DNA of 64,000 nt from a virus: positions 1 through 64,000 of the IMG/VR virus record IMGVR_UViG_3300023314_000001, one strand, 5' to 3'. The position numbers and the translations under genes are program-made. Positions 32,662 to 41,888 of the stretch are shown here, one piece after another. The number at the start of each line of letters is the position of its first letter. Positions within the stretch are counted from its first letter, which is position 1. Under the pieces are notes generated by a model. That model saw only the letters and a program-made list of their open reading frames with translations, did no database searches and was not told the DNA's origin.

Positions 32662-35448
32662 ATGAACCCATTTGACACGTCATTTTTATCTGGTTTTGGA
32701 CAAGGAGGTGATTTCTCATCTGCTTTACCGACCCAAACACTTTTAGAATCTCAGAAAAACGACAAGTGGATTCAGATGACATTAGACCGTTTGGAGCAGA
32801 TCGCGGTAAAACAATATAACCGTAATATAGAGTTCAACAGCTACTACGAAATGGTTCGCGGAAATTTAATATACTCCGATTATGGGTTAGAAGATTTCTC
32901 CAAAGAGATTATAAGATTGCGAGGAGAAACAGATTACCCAGTTCATGCTAAACATTATGACTTCTTAGGAATTATATGTAACCAAATTGAATCAGATTGG
33001 ATTACAAGCAAGGCCGCATTTAGAATAGACAATACAGATCCCGTTTCACAAAATGATTTTACTAGAGATCAAGACAGCAAATTATGGGAATTCACTCAAA
33101 AGAATTTTAATCTAGAATTAGAACGTAAATTACTTGCAAGAGGAATAGTAGTAAATGAAGACAGACAGTTTCAATCTGAACAGGAAATGCAAGCTTATGC
33201 TCAGGAACTACAACAGCAAAAAGATCAACTTGTCCCACCAGAAGCAATTCAGGAGGCAATGTTTAAAAACTGGAAAACAACAGCTACTGAGTGGGCGGAA
33301 AAAACATATGAATTAGATCAAGACCGTTTCGGAATGGAGAAAATGAGCCGTCAAGAGATGGTTGATAGACTTCTAACAGGAAGATGGTTTAGACATTATC
33401 ATATAGGATACGACTATTACAAGCCAGAAAGATGGCATCCCTGTCAAGTATCTTTTTCAGAAGATTTAGACATAGAATATCCACAAGATGCAGAATACGT
33501 ATCTTTCTTGACTCAAATGTCACCATCTAAATTCTTAAATAGATTCGGCGACAAAATAGATGAAGACACTCAAAAAAGATTGATGGGTTATTACAACCAA
33601 AATCAAAGTGGAGGATATAGTGGAGGAGCGTCTGTCAATCAAGTAATACAAAACAACTTCGGCCAAGTACAACAATTACCATTTGCAGGATTTCATGATT
33701 ATGAATTAGGTCTTGAATTTCAAGACACATTTGGAGTTCCTATGGGAGAATCAACAGTTGTAGTAGACGGCCAACAAAAAGTAGTACCATCTTGGTATTC
33801 ACCATTAGCAAGAGGCGGAGGATTTTTAAATCAAAATACAATGAGCGAATTACGTTCAGACATTGATTTAAGATCGGACACACTTCAAGTAACAGAATCA
33901 TATTGGCGTTCATATAAAAGAGTTGGTATTTTAAATTATATCAATGAAGATGGATATATGGATCAGGTTTTCACAACAGATGATTTACTTCCAGAATTTT
34001 TAAAAGAAAATGAAATTACCACACTTAGAAAAATCTCTTTAGAAGAGGCTGAACTAAGAATGGAACCCAATACAATTGCATACACCTGGATACCTGAAAT
34101 TAGGTGGGGCGTAAAAGCAAAATCTCACAACAGTTATTTAGATAAAGATTTATATATTGGCGGAAAAGCACTACCATTCCAAATTAAAGGAACAATGGAT
34201 GGTGGAAGTAATATATATGATGCTAAAATACCAGTGGCAGGATATATAGGAGACTCAATCGCTAAAAAGCTACGTCCATATATAATCAAACATAATATCG
34301 TTTTAAATCAAATATATTCACTTCTTGAAAAGGAATTAGGAACATTCTTTCTATTTGATATTAAATACTTACCTTCAGAATATAAAGGCTCAGGAAATAC
34401 AAGACAGGCTTTAGAGCAAATGTACGATTTAATTCAGGACATTGGAATTGTTCCTGTAGATACTTCGCGCCAAAACTTAGAAGGAGGGCAACCTGCAATG
34501 AACGCTTTTGCTACACAATCTATTGATTATACAGGAATGATTAACAATAGAATGAATTTAGCAGTTCAATTTAAATTGCAAGCTTTAGAGCAAATAGGTA
34601 TTACTCCGCAAAGAATTGGAACACCAGATCAGTATTCGACCGCAGAAGGAATAAAACAAGGAAATACAGCGTCATACGCACAAACAGAAGGGCTTTTCGC
34701 AGTACAAGCAGAAGCAGATAAAAGAGCAGCCTTATTACATTTAACTGTAGCACAATATTGTCAGAAAAACAATAAAGACTATTCATTCTTATATACTAAG
34801 TCTGATGGTGAGAAAGCTTTTATAGAATTATCGGATCAATTTTTTCAGGCGCGTGAATTCGGAATCAAGCTAGCTACTGATAGTAATTCTAAGAAAACTT
34901 TGGAGACATTAAGAGTAGCCCTTCTACAGAACAATACGGCGGGTGCGGATATATTAGATATGGCAGAAATTGTAACTTCTAATTCAATGACAGCTATCAT
35001 GGCTCACGCGAAACAAAATCGTATCGACGCCCAAAAAGCAACTCAACAACAACAAGCTCACGAACAAGAGTTGGCTGACAAACAAATCCAAGCGGCTGAT
35101 AAAGCATTACAGCTTAAATATGATCAAGAGACTAAAATACAAGATTCAAAAAATTCTACGGCCATAGAAGTCAAGCAAATTGATAGTTATGGTAAGATGT
35201 CAATCAATCAAGATGCAGATTCAAGTTTGTATGATAGATTAGATAAAGTTACACAACAAGCCCTTGATAACGATTATGCAAATGCTGATCTACAATTAAA
35301 GAGTCAAAATCTTCAAATTAAGCAAGAAGATATGAATGCAAGAAGAGAACAAGATGATAAAGAGTTCCAGCTTCGTGTACAGGAACTTACACAAAAGAAG
35401 GAGCGCGATAGAAATAATTTAGTAATCGCAAGTATAAACAAGAATTAA
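32662..35448 (+). CDS. portal protein candidate
   Basis: 928 aa, positioned directly after terL and before the scaffold and capsid candidates, with a Q/K/D-rich helical C-terminal tail. The call is positional. Confidence 0.6.
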   Translation: MNPFDTSFLSGFGQGGDFSSALPTQTLLESQKNDKWIQMTLDRLEQIAVKQYNRNIEFNSYYEMVRGNLIYSDYGLEDFSKEIIRLRGETDYPVHAKHYDFLGIICNQIESDWITSKAAFRIDNTDPVSQNDFTRDQDSKLWEFTQKNFNLELERKLLARGIVVNEDRQFQSEQEMQAYAQELQQQKDQLVPPEAIQEAMFKNWKTTATEWAEKTYELDQDRFGMEKMSRQEMVDRLLTGRWFRHYHIGYDYYKPERWHPCQVSFSEDLDIEYPQDAEYVSFLTQMSPSKFLNRFGDKIDEDTQKRLMGYYNQNQSGGYSGGASVNQVIQNNFGQVQQLPFAGFHDYELGLEFQDTFGVPMGESTVVVDGQQKVVPSWYSPLARGGGFLNQNTMSELRSDIDLRSDTLQVTESYWRSYKRVGILNYINEDGYMDQVFTTDDLLPEFLKENEITTLRKISLEEAELRMEPNTIAYTWIPEIRWGVKAKSHNSYLDKDLYIGGKALPFQIKGTMDGGSNIYDAKIPVAGYIGDSIAKKLRPYIIKHNIVLNQIYSLLEKELGTFFLFDIKYLPSEYKGSGNTRQALEQMYDLIQDIGIVPVDTSRQNLEGGQPAMNAFATQSIDYTGMINNRMNLAVQFKLQALEQIGITPQRIGTPDQYSTAEGIKQGNTASYAQTEGLFAVQAEADKRAALLHLTVAQYCQKNNKDYSFLYTKSDGEKAFIELSDQFFQAREFGIKLATDSNSKKTLETLRVALLQNNTAGADILDMAEIVTSNSMTAIMAHAKQNRIDAQKATQQQQAHEQELADKQIQAADKALQLKYDQETKIQDSKNSTAIEVKQIDSYGKMSINQDADSSLYDRLDKVTQQALDNDYANADLQLKSQNLQIKQEDMNARREQDDKEFQLRVQELTQKKERDRNNLVIASINKN

Positions 35449-35463
35449 TCTTACTTTTAAAAT

Positions 35464-35508
35464 AAGGGTGTATCTTACTAAAAAATTAAGGAAAATACAC
35501 CTTTTTCG
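35464..35508 (+). terminator. possible terminator after the portal gene
   Basis: AAGGGTGTAT-21 nt-ATACACCTTT forms a 10-bp stem with one G.T pair, running into TTTTT. Confidence 0.45.
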
Positions 35509-35510
35509 AT

Positions 35511-35554
35511 AAAATTAAGAAATTTGAATATCAGATAATAATAACATAAATTTG
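35511..35554 (+). promoter_or_regulatory. late promoter copy 2 (AAAATTAAGAAATTTG-N20-TAAATTTG)
   Basis: -33 TTTG at 35523-35526, 20-nt spacer, -7 at 35547-35554. The ATG at 35564 follows 9 nt later. Confidence 0.7.
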
Positions 35555-35563
35555 CACAATACA

Positions 35564-36682
35564 ATGCCACAAGAAAACCAAACAAGTACTTTAGACACAG
35601 CTTTATCCTTTGATGATTTACAAAAAGGATTTTCATTCTCACCACCAGATGAGACAACTCCAGAAAAACCTGACTTAACATTTGAACCTTTAGATTTAAG
35701 TGGAGAAAAAAAGGAAGAGGTAGTAGATCCACCAACAGAAGAAAAACCTGAAGAAACAGATCCTGAATTTAAACCATTAAGTTTAGAAACACCTAAAGAT
35801 AATTTTTACACAAACCTATTAAAAAAGAAACTTGAAAAAGGACTTTGGGAAGATGTGATTATTAAAGAGGGAGAAACAGAAACAAAACTTTCTGAAATTG
35901 AAGATCTAACAGAAGAAGAGTATCTTAAACTTGAAGAGGATCAGTTAGCTATTAAGAATGAGGACATTAAAGAAAAATATATTTCAATTGATGGAATCGC
36001 GGAAGAAAAAAAGCTAATTCTTGAAATTGTTAAAAATGGAGGAAACTTAGCAGAGTTATTTCAAAATGAGCAACAACTAGAGAAACCGTTTGATGAGAGT
36101 AAAGGATGGGATTTAGAAAATGAAAAACACCAGGAATCAATTGCTTATCAACATTATTTAAGTCAAGGAAATACACCGAGTAGAGCAAAACTATTAGTAG
36201 AAGAAGACAAGAAAGAATTTGTCTTAGATAGTGTGGCCAAACAAATTGTAGATTTTCATCAAAAAGCATATAGCGATAACTTAAATGAAATCAATAAAAA
36301 ACTAATTGAGGATAAGGCCGCGGAAAAAGAAAATTTAAAAGTTTACAGATCTGAGCTTACTAAAAAATATAAAGAAGATAAAGTACCAGAGCATGATATT
36401 AAGAAATTAGTAGATGCCGCCACAAAAGAAGATCAAAATGGAGAATTTGCTGTAGACACTATCTACGAAACAAAAATGAAAGACCCAATTGAAGCTTCAG
36501 AACTAATTTTCTTTTTAACTAATAAAGAACAGTATTTGCAACAAAAAATGCTGGAAACAAAAGTTAAAACAAATTTAAGTACAATGCGTACAATTAATAG
36601 AGCACCAAAAGATGCTGCACAAAAAGTCGCGCCAAAAGAAGAAAAACAAGAATCAGGATTTAGATTTAATATACCAACATAA
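35564..36682 (+). CDS. scaffolding protein candidate (start moved from the TTG at 35552 to the ATG at 35564)
   Basis: Highly acidic and helical, E/K-rich, lying between the portal and capsid candidates. The track start at 35552 lies inside the -7 box. Confidence 0.5.
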   Translation: MPQENQTSTLDTALSFDDLQKGFSFSPPDETTPEKPDLTFEPLDLSGEKKEEVVDPPTEEKPEETDPEFKPLSLETPKDNFYTNLLKKKLEKGLWEDVIIKEGETETKLSEIEDLTEEEYLKLEEDQLAIKNEDIKEKYISIDGIAEEKKLILEIVKNGGNLAELFQNEQQLEKPFDESKGWDLENEKHQESIAYQHYLSQGNTPSRAKLLVEEDKKEFVLDSVAKQIVDFHQKAYSDNLNEINKKLIEDKAAEKENLKVYRSELTKKYKEDKVPEHDIKKLVDAATKEDQNGEFAVDTIYETKMKDPIEASELIFFLTNKEQYLQQKMLETKVKTNLSTMRTINRAPKDAAQKVAPKEEKQESGFRFNIPT

Positions 36683-36703
36683 AAAACAAATAAACAAAAT
36701 AAA

Positions 36704-38419
36704 ATGAGCGTAACACAACTTCCTCCAAATATGCTGTACAACGGAGATATGATTGTACAGAGAACAGACAGAAAAACTATTCAGTCTATAGGAGGCCACT
36801 TTGACACAAGTTCAATCTCGGATTGGTACAAGCAAGATCCAGACAAGAACAATTTAGGATTAATTAAACTTTGGGGACAAGGTGCAATGGTAAACTATCC
36901 AATTTACACAGGATTGCTAGAGAAAAAAGCAATGCTTGAAGTAGATGGAGCAGACGGTAAAGTTTACTACGATGTTGCAATTAAAGACTCAGGAAAATGT
37001 GTAACTGTAAGAGATACTTCTTTGGAATATCCATATGCAGGTTTAGATAACTCAGTATTCAGAGTTGTTTTAAATAAACGTTATGAAGTGGGTGATGTAT
37101 TAGCACCATCTTTCTACAAATCTTCTGTACAAATTATGGTGACAGACAGAGAGGAAATTCAACAAGTAGTTGGTGGATGGAGCCTTCCTGTTATCTATGT
37201 AACAAATGACAAGAAAGCGAGCTATGATCAACAATACTTAAAAAGCGGAAGACAATATTTCAAAGTGTCGCAAAACATTTTAGGAGAGTACGGTACAAAT
37301 TATGGTAATTTTGATATGCCAGATATGCCTACAACTATGAAATGTATGTTCCAGCTTGGTAACATGTCAGGACACGAATTTTCAGTTACGGGTCGTGCAG
37401 ATATGAGAAAATTCTCAGGAGCAGCATCTACAACTAAAGAATACTTAGACGAACTTTTAGGAGACGTTGAAAGAAATGGTGAATTTGCAATTATGACCGA
37501 AGCTGTTAATGTAGGAGCTGGCGGGGTAATAAAAAAAGGAGCAAATCTAAGATTAGGAGCAGCAATGGAATTATTACTGCACAAATACCATCAGAAAGCA
37601 TTAAACACACAGTTCATGTTTCAAGACGCTGCTATTATTCCAGGAGCTAATGGAAGTGGAATCACAAGATTGAACGAAGGTCTTTACAAACAAATGCGTA
37701 GAGGTAAAATCATCACTTATGCTCGTCCAATGGGTATGACAAGAGCTGACGTTGCCGATGCAGTAGAATACTTATTTGTTAACAACCCTCTACCAGACGA
37801 ACAAAGAGAGGTTACTTTCAGCGTAGGTAAATATATGCAACAAAACTTCTTCGCCATTTTTAAAGAAGAGGTAAAACAACAAAATGAAGGACTCGGAGTT
37901 TGGAACGGAGCAGACAGAATTATTCCAAAATCACCAGTGTCAGGTTCAAGCTTAACAGAATTAGAATACAACGCAGTAAGATTTACGAAAGTTTACTTAC
38001 CAGGAATTGGAAATATCTCTGTAAAACATGATCCATCTTTAGATTACAGACCAGGAGAAGATCGTTTTATTAGTGGAATGCACCAAGGTGGATTAGCTCA
38101 TACAACTTATTCTGCGGTGATATGGGACGCTAGTGATCAAAAATTTTCGAATAATAGAAAAATGCCACAAGGAGCAACACTTATTGAAGGTGGAGATAAT
38201 GGTTCTAATGTGTATATTGTTAAGCCAAATGGATCGATGACGGTATGGGGAAGCGAGAATGGAAGATACGACAACATGAAAGCATCTGATATTGTTTCTT
38301 CAAACAAATTTCAAATGCAATCTTGGTGGATTTACTCAATGGTAGCAGGACTTGTCCTAGACAAGGGACGTTTTGTCATCATAGAATTAGATGAAAAAGC
38401 CCAAGCAGGGTTTAATTAA
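36704..38419 (+). CDS. major capsid protein candidate
   Basis: 571 aa immediately after the scaffold-like gene, with GCA/GGA-biased codon use and a strong hairpin terminator downstream. The call is positional. Confidence 0.55.
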   Translation: MSVTQLPPNMLYNGDMIVQRTDRKTIQSIGGHFDTSSISDWYKQDPDKNNLGLIKLWGQGAMVNYPIYTGLLEKKAMLEVDGADGKVYYDVAIKDSGKCVTVRDTSLEYPYAGLDNSVFRVVLNKRYEVGDVLAPSFYKSSVQIMVTDREEIQQVVGGWSLPVIYVTNDKKASYDQQYLKSGRQYFKVSQNILGEYGTNYGNFDMPDMPTTMKCMFQLGNMSGHEFSVTGRADMRKFSGAASTTKEYLDELLGDVERNGEFAIMTEAVNVGAGGVIKKGANLRLGAAMELLLHKYHQKALNTQFMFQDAAIIPGANGSGITRLNEGLYKQMRRGKIITYARPMGMTRADVADAVEYLFVNNPLPDEQREVTFSVGKYMQQNFFAIFKEEVKQQNEGLGVWNGADRIIPKSPVSGSSLTELEYNAVRFTKVYLPGIGNISVKHDPSLDYRPGEDRFISGMHQGGLAHTTYSAVIWDASDQKFSNNRKMPQGATLIEGGDNGSNVYIVKPNGSMTVWGSENGRYDNMKASDIVSSNKFQMQSWWIYSMVAGLVLDKGRFVIIELDEKAQAGFN

Positions 38420-38434
38420 TAAAAAGTAAAAATT

Positions 38435-38457
38435 CCCCTGACCTAAAAAATCAGGGG
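38435..38457. terminator. bidirectional terminator between convergent genes
   Basis: CCCCTGA-CCTAAAAAA-TCAGGGG, with T-rich flanks on both strands. Confidence 0.75.
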
Positions 38458-38465
38458 ATAATTAT

Positions 38466-38738
38466 TTATTCCCAATATTCTACAAATTCATAACCTCTAC
38501 TACTACAAAGACCAACTACTTGGTAATATCTTTTATTTTTCATATTGGAACTTACAGAAACATTGTAGTTAACACATTTATTAAGAAAGTCTATTTCTAA
38601 TAGTAAAGTATTCTGTAATTTTTTACAGTGCCAATATGCAGAATTTCCTTGATTTGTATCAGACCCATCTTTCATTATTACTGATATAATATTTGCAAAA
38701 TCAACTTCTTCTCTTGTATAACTTTCTTTTAATTCCAT
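38466..38738 (-). CDS. hypothetical protein; the only reverse-strand gene in the structural block
   Basis: 90-aa ORF with its own promoter (38768-38797) and the shared terminator. Confidence 0.6.
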   Translation of the reverse strand: MELKESYTREEVDFANIISVIMKDGSDTNQGNSAYWHCKKLQNTLLLEIDFLNKCVNYNVSVSSNMKNKRYYQVVGLCSSRGYEFVEYWE

Positions 38739-38767
38739 TTTTATAATTTTATTTAGATTTAACTCTG

Positions 38768-38797
38768 CAAATATAATACTTTTATTTTATAAAACAA
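38768..38797 (-). promoter_or_regulatory. promoter TTG-N19-TATATTTG for 38466..38738
   Basis: The minus strand reads TTG(38797-38795)-19 nt-TATATTTG(38775-38768). The next 6 nt (CAGAGT) match the leader of the promoter at 40194. Confidence 0.6.
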
Positions 38798-38800
38798 GAA

Positions 38801-38840
38801 AAAATAAATTTTGTTTTTAAATTTTTTATTCATATATTTG
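38801..38840 (+). promoter_or_regulatory. promoter TTG-N19-TATATTTG for the second homing endonuclease
   Basis: TTG at 38811-38813, TATATTTG at 38833-38840, then TGCT and the ATG at 38845 (4-nt spacer). Confidence 0.6.
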
Positions 38841-38844
38841 TGCT

Positions 38845-40179
38845 ATGAAATATACAACAGAAACATACATAGTAAAAGCAAACGAAGTACATAATAATAA
38901 ATACGATTACAGTAAGACTATTTTTAAATCTAAGGGACATATAATTATAACTTGCCCTTTACATGAAATAGACTTTCCAAAAAGAGTAGACCAACACCTT
39001 GAAGGTAAGGGGTGTCCTAAATGTATCTCAGAAGAAAAGTCCAAGAGAATGTCTATGTCGAAAGAAGAGTGCATAGAAAAGGCTATTTTAAAACATGGAG
39101 ATTTATATGAATACTCATCAATTGTGAATTTTACTCAGCAAAGAAACACTTATAAAATTATATGTAAAAAACATAACAAAGAGTTTCCTCTTAGATTTGA
39201 TAAACATATAGAAGGAAGAGGGTGTCCAGATTGTAGCCAAGAAAGAAGACAAAATATATTAAGAACACCATTGCCCGAGGTAATTGAAAAAATTAGAGAA
39301 GTACATGGAGACAAATACGGATTAGAAAATTTAAATTTTAAAGGCAGTAATTTTGAAATGTACCCTACTTGCAAAATACATGGGGATTTTAATGTTTGGC
39401 CTCAGCAATTTTTTAATGGCTCAAACTGCCCTAAATGTGGAGTAACTGTATCAAAAGCTGAGCAGGAAATAAATGACTTCTTAGAACAATTTATATCAAC
39501 CGAAACATCTAACAGAAGAATATTAAAAAATAGATTTGAATTGGACATTTATATCCCAACTTTAAAAGCAGCAGTAGAATTTAACGGTCTTTATTTTCAT
39601 TCTGATGAATTTCACAAAATGGATTCACACTTAAATAAGACAATGGAATGTCAAGGCAAAGGAATTAAATTGATTCATATATTTGAAGATGAGTGGAAAG
39701 ATAAAAAAGAAATTGTAAAATCACTGTTACTTGAATCTATAGACAAGACAGAAAATAAATTATCAGTTGAGGATTGTGAAATTAAAATAGCTGATCAAAA
39801 AGAATACAGAGAATTTCTGGAAATTAACTATATTGACGATTTTATAGAAGCAGACTTAATTGTGGGACTTTATTATAAAAACGAATTAGTTTCTCTAATC
39901 TCAGAAAAGAATAAAGAATTACTTCTTGTAAACAAACTAAACACTATTGTTGATAAAGGATTTGAGAAACTTTTAGAAAATTTTAAAGGAGAATACAAAA
40001 CTACAGTTGATTTAAGACGGAGTTATGGTGAACGTGAAAAAGCTTTAGGATTTAAATTAATTGAACAAACACCTCCTGCTTACTTTTTTACTAAGGGTCA
40101 AATGAGAACTAAAAAAGAAATTAAGGGTTATAATAAGATATATGATTGTGGCACTCTAAAATTAAGTAATTTGCTGTAA
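38845..40179 (+). CDS. free-standing homing-endonuclease-like protein: three Zn-ribbon repeats plus a PD-(D/E)xK (Vsr/DUF559-like) domain
   Basis: It has three copies of the same repeat type as 28727..29863. These are followed by RFELDIYIPTLKAAVEFNGLYFHS, typical of Vsr/DUF559-type restriction-fold nucleases. Confidence 0.6.
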   Translation: MKYTTETYIVKANEVHNNKYDYSKTIFKSKGHIIITCPLHEIDFPKRVDQHLEGKGCPKCISEEKSKRMSMSKEECIEKAILKHGDLYEYSSIVNFTQQRNTYKIICKKHNKEFPLRFDKHIEGRGCPDCSQERRQNILRTPLPEVIEKIREVHGDKYGLENLNFKGSNFEMYPTCKIHGDFNVWPQQFFNGSNCPKCGVTVSKAEQEINDFLEQFISTETSNRRILKNRFELDIYIPTLKAAVEFNGLYFHSDEFHKMDSHLNKTMECQGKGIKLIHIFEDEWKDKKEIVKSLLLESIDKTENKLSVEDCEIKIADQKEYREFLEINYIDDFIEADLIVGLYYKNELVSLISEKNKELLLVNKLNTIVDKGFEKLLENFKGEYKTTVDLRRSYGEREKALGFKLIEQTPPAYFFTKGQMRTKKEIKGYNKIYDCGTLKLSNLL

Positions 40180-40201
40180 TAAAAACATATTACTATATTT
40201 G
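40158..40201 (+). promoter_or_regulatory. late promoter copy 3 (AAAATTAAGTAATTTG-N20-TATATTTG)
   Basis: -33 TTTG at 40170-40173, 20-nt spacer, -7 at 40194-40201. The upstream half lies inside the last 8 codons of the endonuclease gene. Confidence 0.7.
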
Positions 40202-40226
40202 CAGAGTAAAACCAAAAAACAATACA

Positions 40227-41198
40227 ATGTCAAAAGAATTATTAGTTTATAAAAACGGTAATAAAGAATACTCAATTAAAATAGGAACATCTGATAAACC
40301 TTATACTTATCAAGTTATTCCAATGTATGATGCGGACGCATTAGATGGTTTTCAGAAAATGAGAACTACAAAAATTATTGATCCCAATGTTTATAATAGA
40401 GTTAGAGTTGCGACATTCGATAGTGAGAAAAACATGTACGATGTAGGTATCACCCACAACTCCAGAATTCTTACTAAATTATATCCAGACGAAAGTTTAA
40501 GAAAAGTAGCTTTACAAGATATTACAAAACTCATTATTAACCCACTTTTAGATTTTTACACTAAAGATCAAATTTTAGATTTTAAAAATTTTGAATTTTG
40601 GGATAATTTTACAGAAAACATTGAGCTAGATAATAGTTATAATACTTCTGATCCGCTTCAATTATTCAAATTATACTGCCTTATTTCTAAAGGGGATTTG
40701 TGCCCAATTGAATTTGAAAGTGAAGCTTACTACAAAGGGTCAGCACAATATGCAGTGGAGAATAAAGAATCTGTAGTTGATGTCGGCCAAAAAAGAAAAT
40801 TAGAAATTAGTCAGGCAACTACTAAATTCATTACATTATTATCTACTGATAAAGAAGGATTAACAGCTATTCTGGAGTGGATGGGAATTACAGGAGTTGT
40901 TGACAGTGGAGATGAACTTCTTAACGATATCTTTACTACATGGCTTTCTAAAGATGACAATCAAAATCCAAAAGCTTTCCTAGAAACTTATGCTAATTAC
41001 TATGAATCTGATTCTGGTAAAAAAGAGCTTGTAATGTTTAAAGATTTAAAACACTTACAAAGAGGTAAGAAAGTAATTAAAGGAATGAATGGCTTCTACT
41101 TAAATGACCATTTATTAGGAAAAGATTTAAAAGACGCAGCTAAAAATATTTTAAAAGACAATGGTTTATTAGAATTAGTATATGCCGCATTAGGATAA
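40227..41198 (+). CDS. virion structural protein candidate
   Basis: 323-aa ORF behind a late promoter. Confidence 0.6.
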   Translation: MSKELLVYKNGNKEYSIKIGTSDKPYTYQVIPMYDADALDGFQKMRTTKIIDPNVYNRVRVATFDSEKNMYDVGITHNSRILTKLYPDESLRKVALQDITKLIINPLLDFYTKDQILDFKNFEFWDNFTENIELDNSYNTSDPLQLFKLYCLISKGDLCPIEFESEAYYKGSAQYAVENKESVVDVGQKRKLEISQATTKFITLLSTDKEGLTAILEWMGITGVVDSGDELLNDIFTTWLSKDDNQNPKAFLETYANYYESDSGKKELVMFKDLKHLQRGKKVIKGMNGFYLNDHLLGKDLKDAAKNILKDNGLLELVYAALG

Positions 41199-41202
41199 AA
41201 AC

Positions 41203-41868
41203 ATGACAACAGAACAGTTCTACCAGAGTACAATTATAAAGCTTAATGAGAACGCCACCACCGATAAGATCAGTTTAGATAAAGGAAGGTTTTGCGTTTT
41301 AGCTAATAATGTAACTAACAGGCTTATAGAAGTGTTTCTAGACAGGAAATTTGAAGATGATATAAGATATATTCAGAAAATATTAGTTCATGATTTATCT
41401 ATACCATCTTCAAAAAAACTAAAAGACTTCACAGAATTCAGTCTACCTAAAGACTATTTTGATTTCTCTAACTTATTTTGCACGGCCACTAAAGATACCT
41501 GCGAAAGAAAAAAAGTAGATTGCTTCGAAATTAAAGATGATGACACTAATGGAATACTCAGAGATTCTAATAACAATCCATCTTTCAAGCACAGAGAAAC
41601 ACCTTTTAATTTAGCATCTGATAAAATCATTATCTACACTTCAGATGACTTCACCATCGATAGAGCAAATCTTTCTTACTATCGTTATCCAATACAAGTT
41701 GGTCTTAAAGACCCAGAAAATCCAGAGAGTGAGTTTAATTCAAATAATCCAGAATTCGACGATAAATTTATGAATAGAGTAATAGATTTATTGGCAGCAG
41801 AATTCTTATTGAATACGGACGATCCAAAATATCAAGCAGAAAAACAAAACGCAATAACAAAAAATTAA
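41203..41868 (+). CDS. virion structural protein candidate (possible head-tail connector)
   Basis: 221-aa ORF. The call is positional only. Confidence 0.55.
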   Translation: MTTEQFYQSTIIKLNENATTDKISLDKGRFCVLANNVTNRLIEVFLDRKFEDDIRYIQKILVHDLSIPSSKKLKDFTEFSLPKDYFDFSNLFCTATKDTCERKKVDCFEIKDDDTNGILRDSNNNPSFKHRETPFNLASDKIIIYTSDDFTIDRANLSYYRYPIQVGLKDPENPESEFNSNNPEFDDKFMNRVIDLLAAEFLLNTDDPKYQAEKQNAITKN

Positions 41869-41888
41869 TTTAAACAAAAAACAATAGA

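Noticed and set aside
35552-35563. Listed TTG start at 35552 for the scaffold-like gene.
   Set aside because: The TTG is part of the -7 promoter box TAAATTTG (35547-35554), so it cannot be in the mRNA leader. The ATG at 35564 is the first usable start.
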